Assembly (NCBI GenBank): GCA_035651635.1
Contig: DASRFK010000152.1
Location: 19,505-83,504 of the forward strand
Origin: Verrucomicrobiia bacterium
Lineage (GTDB): Bacteria; Verrucomicrobiota; Verrucomicrobiia; Limisphaerales; UBA8199
Direction: 5' to 3'
Length of the DNA: 64,000 nucleotides
In this document: positions 53,910 to 62,778 of the stretch, piece by piece
Numbering within the stretch: position 1 is the stretch's first letter
Layout of the letters: every line of letters begins with the position of its first letter
Program-made: the position numbers and the translations under genes
Notes under the pieces: model-generated
Database searches by the model: none
What the model was told of the DNA's origin: nothing
The model's input: the letters and a program-made list of their open reading frames with translations, nothing else

Positions 53910-54677
53910 ATGCAAGCACATCAAGAAGATTATTTCGCTTCCTACGGTAATTTGAAGCTGACACGTGACCCTAAAGGCATACTGGTCGCCCAATTCCACA
54001 GCGACGGCGGGCCGTTCGTCATGACCGCGCAATCTCACACGGAATTTGTTGATGCCTTCTACCGGATTTCGCAAGACCGAGCCAACAAGATCGTAATCCT
54101 CTCGGGCGCCGGTGGGCAGTTCATTACTGATGTTGATTGGTCCTCCTTCGGCGATGCCTCCGATCCTGGCGTTTGGAGCCAAGTTCACGACGAAGGTGTT
54201 CAGGTTTTGGAGAATATAGCCAACATACGCGTGCCGGTCATCGCGGCTATCGAGGGACGTGCCCATGTTCACTCAGACTACGCACTGCTGGCCAGCGTCA
54301 TCGTGGCCGCGGAAGGTGCGACCTTCCAAGACGTGGCCCACTTTGTCGCAGGCATTGCGCCCGGTGATGGAGTCTTTACCACTTGGAGTTATCGCGGGGG
54401 GCCGGGACGCGCGGAGGCTTTCCTGATGAATCCTCAGCCATTGCCCGCGCGGATCGCGCAAGAATGGGGAGTGGTTGCTGAGGTTGTTCAAAACGGAAAG
54501 GCTCTCAGTCGGGCGCGGGAGTTGGCTGAATTATACTTGAAAGCTCCTGAAGTGACGCGCCGCAATACGCGTGTCCATTTCATTCAGCCTTTGAAAGAGC
54601 GCATCGTACGAGAGGTTGGCTACGGTCTGTCGCTCGAAGGAGCATCGGCAGCCGATCTTGTGAAATCGAAAAAATGA
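53910..54677 (+). CDS. enoyl-CoA hydratase/isomerase (crotonase) family protein
   Basis: Likely start MQAHQEDYFASYGNLKLTRDPKGILVAQF. ..IVILSGAGGQFI..VPVIAAIEGRA. The ORF-track start at 53778 lies inside the promoter. Confidence 0.65.
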   Translation: MQAHQEDYFASYGNLKLTRDPKGILVAQFHSDGGPFVMTAQSHTEFVDAFYRISQDRANKIVILSGAGGQFITDVDWSSFGDASDPGVWSQVHDEGVQVLENIANIRVPVIAAIEGRAHVHSDYALLASVIVAAEGATFQDVAHFVAGIAPGDGVFTTWSYRGGPGRAEAFLMNPQPLPARIAQEWGVVAEVVQNGKALSRARELAELYLKAPEVTRRNTRVHFIQPLKERIVREVGYGLSLEGASAADLVKSKK

Positions 54678-54984
54678 CTACCGGAAACATAGAAAGAAAA
54701 AATCAAGTTGCGGGCTGCAGGGGAAACACAGGCGGAGCCACTCAGCTTGCCGATTCTGCGGTCGGGTTTTCGTTGGACCTGGATTTGATCTTTTTGTTCT
54801 TGTCCTCATTTCCGGCATTGGCGGCGCGGACTTTAAGCCGATAGCAAAGCAGTCGAGTTCCGTTCCTTAATCCCCAGCAACGGTGGGAGAAGTGCTACCC
54901 ACCGACTGCGGAATCTTGGTGATAGAATGCAAATTGTCGCTCTCCGTATTCAGAAGGCACTCTCCGTGGCAAACGGGTTTAAAG

Positions 54985-56097
54985 ATGATGGAAGGGATTA
55001 CCACACAAACCGAGAAGACCGCCAACCAGCCTGCCGACGTTGGAGCCCCACCGGCCAAACCGGGTTTACCGCCGCCCAGCAAACGCAGGCGCCGGCTGCA
55101 GATTCTCCTTGGCGTGGGCGCCACCATTCTGGTCGCGGGCGCCATCGTCTACTATTTGCTGTTTATCGCTCCTTACGAGAACACCGATGACGCGTTTATT
55201 GAAGGCCACGTCACGTTCGTGAGTCCGCGGGTGTCGGGGCAGGTGGTTCGCTTGCTGGTCCGCGACAACCAGCGGGTTAAGGAGGGTGACCTCCTGGTGG
55301 AGATCGATCCGAGCGATTTCCGGGCGAGAGTGGAACAAGCACGTGCCAATTTGGCGTCTGCGCAAAGCCAGTCGGAGCAGGCCAAGGCCCAGGTGGTGGT
55401 GGATGAGGCCAAGGTAGAACAGCAAAAGGCCGCTGCGACGGCCCTCGAAGCCGAGGCTCTCCGGGCGGAAGCAGACCGGAAACGTTACCTGGACGTGCAA
55501 GGCCTGGCGGTTTCGCAGAGTCAGCGTGATCTCGCGCAAGCGCAAGCCCGTTCTAGTGGCGCCAACGTTGAGGCCGCTCGCCAACAGGTGAAAGCCGCGC
55601 AAGCGCAGGTCTCGCTCAGCCGCGCGAGCGTCGAGACGGCCGCCGCCGGGATCAAACAGGCTGAGGCCAGTCTGGAGTTGGCCGAACTCAATCTTTTCTG
55701 GACGAAAATCGTGGCCCCTGCGGCTGGCCGTGTGGGCCGCCGCACGGTCGAGCAAGGCGCATACCTGCAGACTGGGCAGTCTATGTTAGCCATTGTGCCG
55801 GAGGATGTATGGATACTGGCCAATTTCAAGGAAACCCAATTGACCCACATGCGTCCGGGCCAGCCAGTCAGGATCCACATCGATGCCTATCCCCAGCGGG
55901 AGTATAAAGGCAAGGTGGACAGCTTGCAGCCCGGGACCGGAGCCCGCTTCAGCCTTCTGCCGCCGGAAAACGCGGTAGGCAACTATGTGAAAGTGGTGCA
56001 GCGAGTTCCGGTCAAGATCGTATTCGATGAACCGTTGGATCCGCAGCTTGACATCGAGCCCGGCCTGTCGGTCGAGCCGAAGGTGAGGGTAAAATGA
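54985..56097 (+). CDS. HlyD/EmrA-family periplasmic adaptor of a tripartite MFS efflux pump
   Basis: TM anchor ILLGVGATILVAGAIVYY, then TDDAFIEGHV..ISPRVSGQV, a long coiled coil, and NYVKVVQRVPVKI. Confidence 0.85.
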   Translation: MMEGITTQTEKTANQPADVGAPPAKPGLPPPSKRRRRLQILLGVGATILVAGAIVYYLLFIAPYENTDDAFIEGHVTFVSPRVSGQVVRLLVRDNQRVKEGDLLVEIDPSDFRARVEQARANLASAQSQSEQAKAQVVVDEAKVEQQKAAATALEAEALRAEADRKRYLDVQGLAVSQSQRDLAQAQARSSGANVEAARQQVKAAQAQVSLSRASVETAAAGIKQAEASLELAELNLFWTKIVAPAAGRVGRRTVEQGAYLQTGQSMLAIVPEDVWILANFKETQLTHMRPGQPVRIHIDAYPQREYKGKVDSLQPGTGARFSLLPPENAVGNYVKVVQRVPVKIVFDEPLDPQLDIEPGLSVEPKVRVK

Positions 56098-57680
56098 GCC
56101 CTGCCGGAGATCCAGGGCAAGCGTCTGCTGCGGAGATGTGGCGGCCGCGCGCCAATCCGTGGCTCATCGCGCTGGCGGTGATGCTGGCCACGTTCATGGA
56201 GGTGCTCGACACGTCAATCGCTTCAGTGGCTCTGCCTTACATTGCGGGCAACCTGGGAGCCACCCGGGAAGAAGCCACGTGGGTGCTGACAAGCTATCTC
56301 GTGTCGAACGCGATTGTGTTGCCGGCGAGCGCCTGGTTTTCGAGCGTCTTCGGGCGCAAACGATTTTTGATCACCTGCATCATTATCTTCACCTGTTCCT
56401 CCTTTATTTGCGGGGCCGCCACCAGTTTAGGAATGCTGATCGTGGCTCGGATAGCGCAGGGCGCCGGGGGCGGGGCGCTTCAACCCCTCTCGCAGGCAAT
56501 CCTGCTCGAGAGCTTTCCGCCAGAGCGGCGCGGTGTGGCCACGGCGGTTTTCGGGGTCGGTGTCATATTCGCTCCAATCATCGGCCCGACGCTGGGGGGT
56601 TGGCTCACGGACAGTTATTCATGGCGCTGGGCTTTTTACATCAACATCCCGGTCGGGGCGCTGGCGGTGTTCCTCATTTCTCTGCTCGTCGAAGATCCCC
56701 CTTATATTCGCGCTGCTCGGCGCGGCCGGCTCGACTTGATCGGTTTTGGCCTGGTGAGTTTATGGTTGGCCACGCTGCAGATCACCCTGGACAAAGGCCA
56801 GGAGGTGGATTGGTTTGGCGCGGTCTGGTTGCGCTGGTTCACCGGCATTTCGCTTGTCTCGATGATAGGCTTCATTGCCTGGGAACTCTGGACGCCCGCG
56901 CCGATTGTGAATTTGCGGGTCCTCAAGAACCGCAACTTCGCCGTGGGCTGCGGATTGTACGCCTGCTTCGGCGCCGTGCTCTACGCCATGATCACGTTGC
57001 AGCCATTATTCCTGCAGACCCTTTTGGGTTATAGCGCCTTGGACGCCGGATTGACCGTCAGCCCGCGAGGCCTGGGCTCGCTCCCGGCCCTTTTCCTTGT
57101 GGGGTTACTGATTCGCCGGATCAGCCCCCGCTTCCTTGTGGGGTTCGGTTTCCTGGTGTTCGGATTTTCCAGCCTGCTATTCAGCCGGTTCGACCTCCAG
57201 GTGGCCATGAGCAACATCCTGGCGCCGAACATCCTGAACGGGTTTGGAATAGGGTTAATTTTTGTACCTTTGACCACCATGGCCCTGGGCACGTTGCCCA
57301 ACGACCAAATCGGCAGCGCCACTGGAATTCAAAACCTTCTGCGCAATATCGGCGGCAGCATAGGCATTTCCTTCGTGACGACCATGCTCTCCCGTTACTC
57401 CCAGGCGCACCAGGTCTTCCTGGTGGGGCATGTATCCGAGCTGAACCCGGTGTTCCAGCAGCGATTAGGAGTCCTGCAGGGCGTGTTCCAAGGGAACTTC
57501 GGCCCGCCGGACGCTTTGCTGCGGGCGCAGGCTTCAATCAACAACACTGTGGTCCAGCAGGTAAATTACTGGGCTTTTGTTCAACTATTCTATGTCATCG
57601 CGTGGGTTTGTGCGATCTGCATCCTGGGCGTGCTGCTATTCCGCAGCGTAAAATCCGCCGGCCCCGTCGTGGTGCATTAA
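56094..57680 (+). CDS. DHA2-family (EmrB/QacA-type, 14-TMS) MFS efflux transporter
   Basis: FMEVLDTSIASVALPYIAGNLGA, GRKRFL, RIAQGAGGGAL. ATGA overlap with the adaptor gene. Confidence 0.9.
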   Translation: MSPAGDPGQASAAEMWRPRANPWLIALAVMLATFMEVLDTSIASVALPYIAGNLGATREEATWVLTSYLVSNAIVLPASAWFSSVFGRKRFLITCIIIFTCSSFICGAATSLGMLIVARIAQGAGGGALQPLSQAILLESFPPERRGVATAVFGVGVIFAPIIGPTLGGWLTDSYSWRWAFYINIPVGALAVFLISLLVEDPPYIRAARRGRLDLIGFGLVSLWLATLQITLDKGQEVDWFGAVWLRWFTGISLVSMIGFIAWELWTPAPIVNLRVLKNRNFAVGCGLYACFGAVLYAMITLQPLFLQTLLGYSALDAGLTVSPRGLGSLPALFLVGLLIRRISPRFLVGFGFLVFGFSSLLFSRFDLQVAMSNILAPNILNGFGIGLIFVPLTTMALGTLPNDQIGSATGIQNLLRNIGGSIGISFVTTMLSRYSQAHQVFLVGHVSELNPVFQQRLGVLQGVFQGNFGPPDALLRAQASINNTVVQQVNYWAFVQLFYVIAWVCAICILGVLLFRSVKSAGPVVVH

Positions 57681-57716
57681 GGATGGGGGTAAATGCATTT
57701 AAAGACGCGGGGAGCC

Positions 57717-58355
57717 ATGAAACGAGTTTTGGTCATCGAACGCGAATACGGCGCGGGGGCCAGCGAGATCGCCGAAAAAGTGGCGCAACAGCTCGGCTGG
57801 AAGCTGCTCGACCACGCGCTGACCGAGGAGATCGCCCGTATAGCAAAAGTTCATCCCGAGGTCTGCAAACGCCGAGAGGAGCGCAAGGACTCGACGCTTT
57901 ATCGGCTGGCCAAGGTGTTCTGGCGCGGCAGTTCCGAGCGCAGCGCCCGTTTCGAGGATGAAGATCTGCTGGATGCCGACCGGCTGGTTTGTCTGTCGCA
58001 ACAGGTGATCGAGCAATCGGCCGCGGTCGGCCAGTGTGTCATTGTGGGACGCGCCGCGGCCTGGTTCCTGCGCAACCGTGCCGATACCTTCTGTGTGTTC
58101 CTGTACGCTCCGCGCGACGTCAGGTTCCATCGCGTGCTGCAAGTCGTCAAGGACAAGGCCAAAGCCATTGACCTAGTTGACACTGTGGACCGGGAGCGCA
58201 GGGAATTTATCAGGCATTATTTCGACGCAGAATGGCCTGGCCGCCAATTCTATCACGCCATGCTCAACACCGCGGTCGGCATCGATGCCACAGTGGACAA
58301 CATCCTGAATTTGCTCGGTGCCGCAAATAGGCGCGGGGAGGACAGCAAATCGTGA
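57717..58355 (+). CDS. cytidylate-kinase-like family protein (Cytidylate_kin2-type)
   Basis: MKRVLVIEREYGAGASEIAEKVAQQLGWKLLDHAL..VIVGRAA..FCVFLYAP...R. Sits between the pump and outer-membrane-factor genes. Its stop overlaps the next start. Confidence 0.5.
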   Translation: MKRVLVIEREYGAGASEIAEKVAQQLGWKLLDHALTEEIARIAKVHPEVCKRREERKDSTLYRLAKVFWRGSSERSARFEDEDLLDADRLVCLSQQVIEQSAAVGQCVIVGRAAAWFLRNRADTFCVFLYAPRDVRFHRVLQVVKDKAKAIDLVDTVDRERREFIRHYFDAEWPGRQFYHAMLNTAVGIDATVDNILNLLGAANRRGEDSKS

Positions 58356-59821
58356 AGCAAGGATTTCAATCGTTTGCATTTATCTGTCTTGTGGCCCTGG
58401 CCGGCTGCAAAGTCGGACCTGATTACCACCCACCCCGGGCCGCTGTTCCTGCTCAATGGGCCTCGGCGCTGGCCGGGGGTGAGACTAATCAGCCGGCCGC
58501 AGAAGCGGAGTGGTGGAAGAACTTTCGCGACGCCGAGTTGGATTCGTTAATAGCGCGCTCGGTAAGGTCAAACCTTGATCTCCGGGTGGTTGCAGCGCGG
58601 GTGCGGGAGGCCCGGGCCGCGCGGGGCGTCGTAGCCGCGGACCTATGGCCCTCCCTAAACGCTTCCGCCTCATACGCGAACCAGAGGGTTAGTAAGAACA
58701 GCCCGCAACTCAGCTCATTGCCGTTGCCCCCGAATTTTCCCTTCGTAAACAACGTTTATCAGGCTGGCTTCGACGCGGCATGGGAACTTGACGTCTTTGG
58801 CGGCACACGTCGCGCCGTCGAGGCGGCCAATGCGGACATTGCCAGCGCGGAGTATGGCCGGCGCAATGTGCTACTGTCGCTGCTGAGCGAGGTGGCCCGC
58901 AATTACGTGCAAACCCGGGGCTTTCAACGTCGGCTCGCCATCGCCGACTTGAACATTCGAGCTCAGCGGGATGTGCTGGCCCTCACTCGAGACCGTTTCC
59001 GGGTAGGCCTCAGCAGCCAACTCGATATTGACCAGGCCGCCGCGCTCCTTGCCACCACCGAGGCGCAAGTCCCTGTTCTCGAGAGCGGCTTCAAAGCTTC
59101 CGCCTACCATCTTGGTGTCCTGCTCGGTCAACCTCCAGGCGCGGTACTGGAAGAATTGTCGAAGGAGGCACCCATCCCCGCCTCTCCGCCGGAAGTGCCG
59201 GTTGGGCTACCTTCCGATTTGCTGCGGCGGCGGCCCGACATCCGGCAGGCCGAGCGCGCGTTGGCCGCCGGTACCGCCCGCATCGGCGTGGCCGTAGCCG
59301 ATCTTTTCCCAAAATTCTCGCTCACCGGCAACATTGGCGCCCAAAGCGTCAGTGCGGCGACATGGTTCACCGGCGCGAGTTCGTTCTGGTCCGTCGGCCC
59401 CACCGTACAATGGCGCATTTTTGCTGCCGGCCGCATCCGGTCAAATATCCGGGTTCAAAACGCGCGCCAGGAACAGGCACTGGCCAATTACGAACAGACA
59501 GTGCTCGTTTCATTCGAGGATGTGGAAAATGCGCTGACTAGTTATGCAAAGGAACAGATTCGCCGCCAATCTCTGATGGCCGCGGTGCAATCCAATCAGC
59601 AGGCATTGGAAATATCACGGCAGAGTTATGGCAGCGGTCTGGCCGATTTCATCAACGTGCTGGACTCCGAACGTTCCCTCTATCAAACCCAGGACGCACT
59701 GGTGCAAAGCGATCTCGCTGTCAGCCTTGACGTCGTCGCTCTCTACAAGGCCCTTGCCGGCGGGTGGGAAGATGGGGGGAAAGAAGCGGCGAAAGGGGCT
59801 CCTCCCCTCCCCAAGCAATGA
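58352..59821 (+). CDS. NodT-family outer-membrane efflux lipoprotein
   Basis: GTG start. Lipobox LVALAGC. Two OEP repeats. WW..F.D..L, LFPKFSLTG, ALYKALGGGW-type end (ALYKALAGGW). Confidence 0.9.
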   Translation: MKQGFQSFAFICLVALAGCKVGPDYHPPRAAVPAQWASALAGGETNQPAAEAEWWKNFRDAELDSLIARSVRSNLDLRVVAARVREARAARGVVAADLWPSLNASASYANQRVSKNSPQLSSLPLPPNFPFVNNVYQAGFDAAWELDVFGGTRRAVEAANADIASAEYGRRNVLLSLLSEVARNYVQTRGFQRRLAIADLNIRAQRDVLALTRDRFRVGLSSQLDIDQAAALLATTEAQVPVLESGFKASAYHLGVLLGQPPGAVLEELSKEAPIPASPPEVPVGLPSDLLRRRPDIRQAERALAAGTARIGVAVADLFPKFSLTGNIGAQSVSAATWFTGASSFWSVGPTVQWRIFAAGRIRSNIRVQNARQEQALANYEQTVLVSFEDVENALTSYAKEQIRRQSLMAAVQSNQQALEISRQSYGSGLADFINVLDSERSLYQTQDALVQSDLAVSLDVVALYKALAGGWEDGGKEAAKGAPPLPKQ

Positions 59822-59925
59822 GCACAAATTTGTTGTGGGCTCTCCCAAAGCTGTTGGTAACTGGTTTTTGGTGTTTCCCGCTGCGCACGATCCCTTGAAG
59901 GAGTTGACTGTAAAGCACCTTGTGC

Positions 59926-60486
59926 TCATTTCTCGCGCATCGTTTTCAACGCGCCGCCCCAAGCGATGACCTGATCAAATACCTCGTTAACCGATTTCTC
60001 GTGCTGTGGAGCCGGCTTGAAGACGCTGAAATTTTCAAAGTCGGTAAACATGGAGAGCAGCACTTGGTTGCGCACCGTAGCAATTCGGACCTCGGCCAAC
60101 ACCAACCGTAGCTGCTCGACCCCGCGTGCTCCGCCGGCCCCGCCGTAGCTGATGAAGCCAGCCGCCTTGTCGTTCCACTCGCGGAATAGAAAATCAATCG
60201 CATTCTTGAGCGCGCCAGAGATGCCATGGTTATACTCGGGCGTGACGAAGACATAGCCGTCAAAAGAGCCGATCTTAGCGGCCCATACCTTGGTGTGCGG
60301 TTTGGAATACTGGCCCATTATGGATGGAATTGGCTCGTCCAGCAGGGGCAGGTTGTAGTCTTTGATGTCCACCAGTTCGAACTCGGCGTCGGTGCGCTTT
60401 TTGGCGATTTCGTGGACCCACCTGGCCACGGCTTCCCCGTTGCGACCAGGGCGTGTACTTCCGATGATTATGGCAATTTTAAGCAT
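59926..60486 (-). CDS. NADPH-dependent FMN reductase (paralog of 17645..18211)
   Basis: MLKIAIIIGSTRPGRNG..PEYNHGISGALKNAIDFL. GGAGG RBS upstream. Confidence 0.85.
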   Translation of the reverse strand: MLKIAIIIGSTRPGRNGEAVARWVHEIAKKRTDAEFELVDIKDYNLPLLDEPIPSIMGQYSKPHTKVWAAKIGSFDGYVFVTPEYNHGISGALKNAIDFLFREWNDKAAGFISYGGAGGARGVEQLRLVLAEVRIATVRNQVLLSMFTDFENFSVFKPAPQHEKSVNEVFDQVIAWGGALKTMREK

Positions 60487-60603
60487 ATATTCCTCCTATC
60501 AGGATGTTAATTCCGCGTTGATCACCACGAACGAACTCGGACAAGAGCCAGCTTGCAATGAAACAACGAGGATTGACGCATAGTCTTTGCTCGTAACGGC
60601 GTT

Positions 60604-61413
60604 TCAAAAGAAGAACGTTATACCCAGCAACCCTGTTACGCCGTTGAGACCGAGGTTCGGGTTGCTGATTCCAGCGCAGGACCAATGGACATAACGCGCC
60701 TCCAGGCTGATGGCCATGTTGTCTTTCACGAACCATTGGACTCCCGCTCCCGCCTGGAGGTTGAACTCGAACGTCCCGCTCAAATCAGGAGGCCCGATGC
60801 TCGTGGCTGTCACACCAGCTCCGCCGTCAACAAATGGGATCCACCGTGTTCCCGTTGCAAAGTCGTAGCGCAGGTGCGGCGTCAGACCCACGAGCCATTC
60901 CCTGCTGGGGGAGAATTGGGCGCCGGTGAATAATTCGAGCCGGAATTCCAGGTTGCCCCGATACCAATGGCCCTCACCCCAAACATGGCTCAACATGTGA
61001 CCATACGAGAGAGTGATGAGCGCCAAGTCGTGAGCTTGCACGCTGCCAAAGCTTGAAAAGCCATAGGTGGCCCCGGCGCTTAGACCAAACGAATGCGTCG
61101 TGGACCGAAAGCCTTCGCCAATGCTATGCTCCCATATGCTTGCCTTCTCGGATCCAAGATTGAACTCCTCCGTCGATACACTGTTGGTGAGCGGTAGCAT
61201 TGGGTGTGCGCGGGCCTCCAACGGGGCCGCCGCCCCGGCGCACAAAACCGAGTCGTTGAAGAAGTTTATTAATCCCGAATCGGCACTTGTGAGAGCCGTA
61301 CTTGCCTGCTGTTGTTCCGTCCGAAGGTCACCGCCGGCTATGGCACTCAGTGATGGATTGACCGCGGCTAGCAAGAGGGCGGCTGATATTGTTCTACAAA
61401 TTGTTTGTTTCAC
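60604..61413 (-). CDS. PagL-like acyloxyacyl hydrolase / outer-membrane beta-barrel protein carrying a borrowed N-terminus
   Basis: GTG start. C-terminal two thirds have alternating beta-strand pattern, H.S motif VHWSCAG, and C-terminal GITFFF. The first ~53 aa are near-identical to the SYLF gene at 61976..62506. Confidence 0.5.
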   Translation of the reverse strand: MKQTICRTISAALLLAAVNPSLSAIAGGDLRTEQQQASTALTSADSGLINFFNDSVLCAGAAAPLEARAHPMLPLTNSVSTEEFNLGSEKASIWEHSIGEGFRSTTHSFGLSAGATYGFSSFGSVQAHDLALITLSYGHMLSHVWGEGHWYRGNLEFRLELFTGAQFSPSREWLVGLTPHLRYDFATGTRWIPFVDGGAGVTATSIGPPDLSGTFEFNLQAGAGVQWFVKDNMAISLEARYVHWSCAGISNPNLGLNGVTGLLGITFFF

Positions 61414-61560
61414 ACTCTGGTTTTCCAGTTTTTTGGTTTAATTACATCCGTGAACACATTCTGTTTGAACTATTCCGTCCACTGTTGTTTTGAACGATTC
61501 GTCTTTTTGCTTCTTTAAGCCTTTGTGAATTTCCCGACGCCTCTGGGTCTAGTTCGCTGA

Positions 61561-61687
61561 TGCTAGACCCGTGCCAAAGCGGAGCTGCAGGGAATCAGAT
61601 GGATCAGCCTGAAAAATCCAATGCCTGAGAAGCGCTTCGTGAGTCAACTTGCGATACTTCGAGGATTCGCGACGTTTCGCAAAAAAG
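61561..61687 (-). promoter_or_regulatory. type I sigma-54 promoter cassette
   Basis: Minus-strand TGGCACgggtcTAGCA at 61561..61576. Boxes (minus strand) TTTTTGCGAAACGTCGCGAATCCTCGAAG at 61657..61686. Confidence 0.75.
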
Positions 61688-61975
61688 TTATCGAACGAGC
61701 CTCATCTCGGCCATACCGTTCCCGGTGAGACACGAATGACTCGGCCAGCAATGGCCAGAGTCGATTGAGTTTTAAGGGAAGCGCGGCCAAGGGCTCTTCC
61801 CAGGCCGCGCTCCATTGCGCGAGTCTGTTATCCCGGCGTCCTTGGCGACAGGCAACGGATAAGGGATCTTGAACTCAACTGTCTCCTCGAGAAATTGGGC
61901 ACCTCGTTGGAACGAAAAAGTCTCACAAACTCTTGGACATCAATTTCGCGTGTCCTGCGAGCGACCGGAAGCAGA

Positions 61976-62506
61976 TCAGTCTAACGGCTTATATTTGAAC
62001 TTTTGGCCACCGATTGTCGCCTGGACCATCAGCCCTGTTCTTGGAAGGGTGAACACCGTCACACCGCTCTTATACCTGGTATTTGCCGCTGCACCGTCCG
62101 CAGCGGCAACGGCACTCACTTCCGCGCTCATTTCAAAATTGCTTTGTTTGAAGTTTGACAACGCCTCGGGGGTCTCGAAGAAAATAACTTCGTAGAAGGA
62201 TTGGCCTCCGGCCTGCGGTCCAACGTTGACCTCTGTGAGTGTGGCTTCCCCTATAGGCTTTCCTTTTTCGTAGAGGACCCCTTTCCCACGCTCACTAATA
62301 AGGCCTCCCTTGCCGACGCTAGGGAATACGACGAAACCAACCGAGCCGTTGAAGAAGTTTGTTAATCCCGAATCGGCACTCGTGAGAGCCTTAATTGCCC
62401 GCTCTGCTTCCATCCGAAGATCGTCGCCGGCTATCGCGGTCAGTGCGGGATTGACCGCAGCTAGCAAGAGGGCGGCTGATACTGTGCTGCGAATTGTTTG
62501 TTTCAT
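61976..62506 (-). CDS. SYLF-domain (Ysc84-like, COG2930-type) secreted protein
   Basis: Signal peptide. GFVVFPSVGKGGLI..GKGVLYEKGKPIG..VGPQAGGQSFYEVIFFETPEALSNFK..NFEMSAEVSAVAA..GGQKFKYKPL. Confidence 0.6.
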   Translation of the reverse strand: MKQTIRSTVSAALLLAAVNPALTAIAGDDLRMEAERAIKALTSADSGLTNFFNGSVGFVVFPSVGKGGLISERGKGVLYEKGKPIGEATLTEVNVGPQAGGQSFYEVIFFETPEALSNFKQSNFEMSAEVSAVAAADGAAANTRYKSGVTVFTLPRTGLMVQATIGGQKFKYKPLD

Positions 62507-62650
62507 ACCTCGTTTTCAAGTTTTTGGCTTTAGTTACATCAGTCAACACATGTTTTCTAAACTGTTTCGTCGATTATTGTTTTGCACCATTCGTCTCTTC
62601 CCTTCTGAGGCTTTGTGAATTTACCAACGCCTCTGGGTTTAGTTCGCTGA

Positions 62651-62778
62651 TGCTAGAGTTGTGCCAAGTGGAGTTGCAGAAAATCTGCCATATCAGCCTG
62701 AAAAAAACCAAATGCCTGAGACGAGCTTCGTAAGTTAACTTGCGAAGCTTCGAGAATTCGCGACGTTTCGCGAAAAAG
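62651..62778 (-). promoter_or_regulatory. type I sigma-54 promoter cassette
   Basis: Minus-strand TGGCACaactcTAGCA at 62651..62666. Boxes (minus strand) CTTTTTCGCGAAACGTCGCGAATTCTCGAAG at 62748..62778. Confidence 0.75.

Noticed and set aside
54900-54930. Possible extended -10 promoter (TGATAGAAT at 54920..54928) upstream of the efflux adaptor gene.
   Set aside because: The -35 region is poor (CGACTG/ACCGAC with non-optimal spacing). The efflux genes might instead be read through from the crotonase sigma-54 promoter. I left this uncalled.
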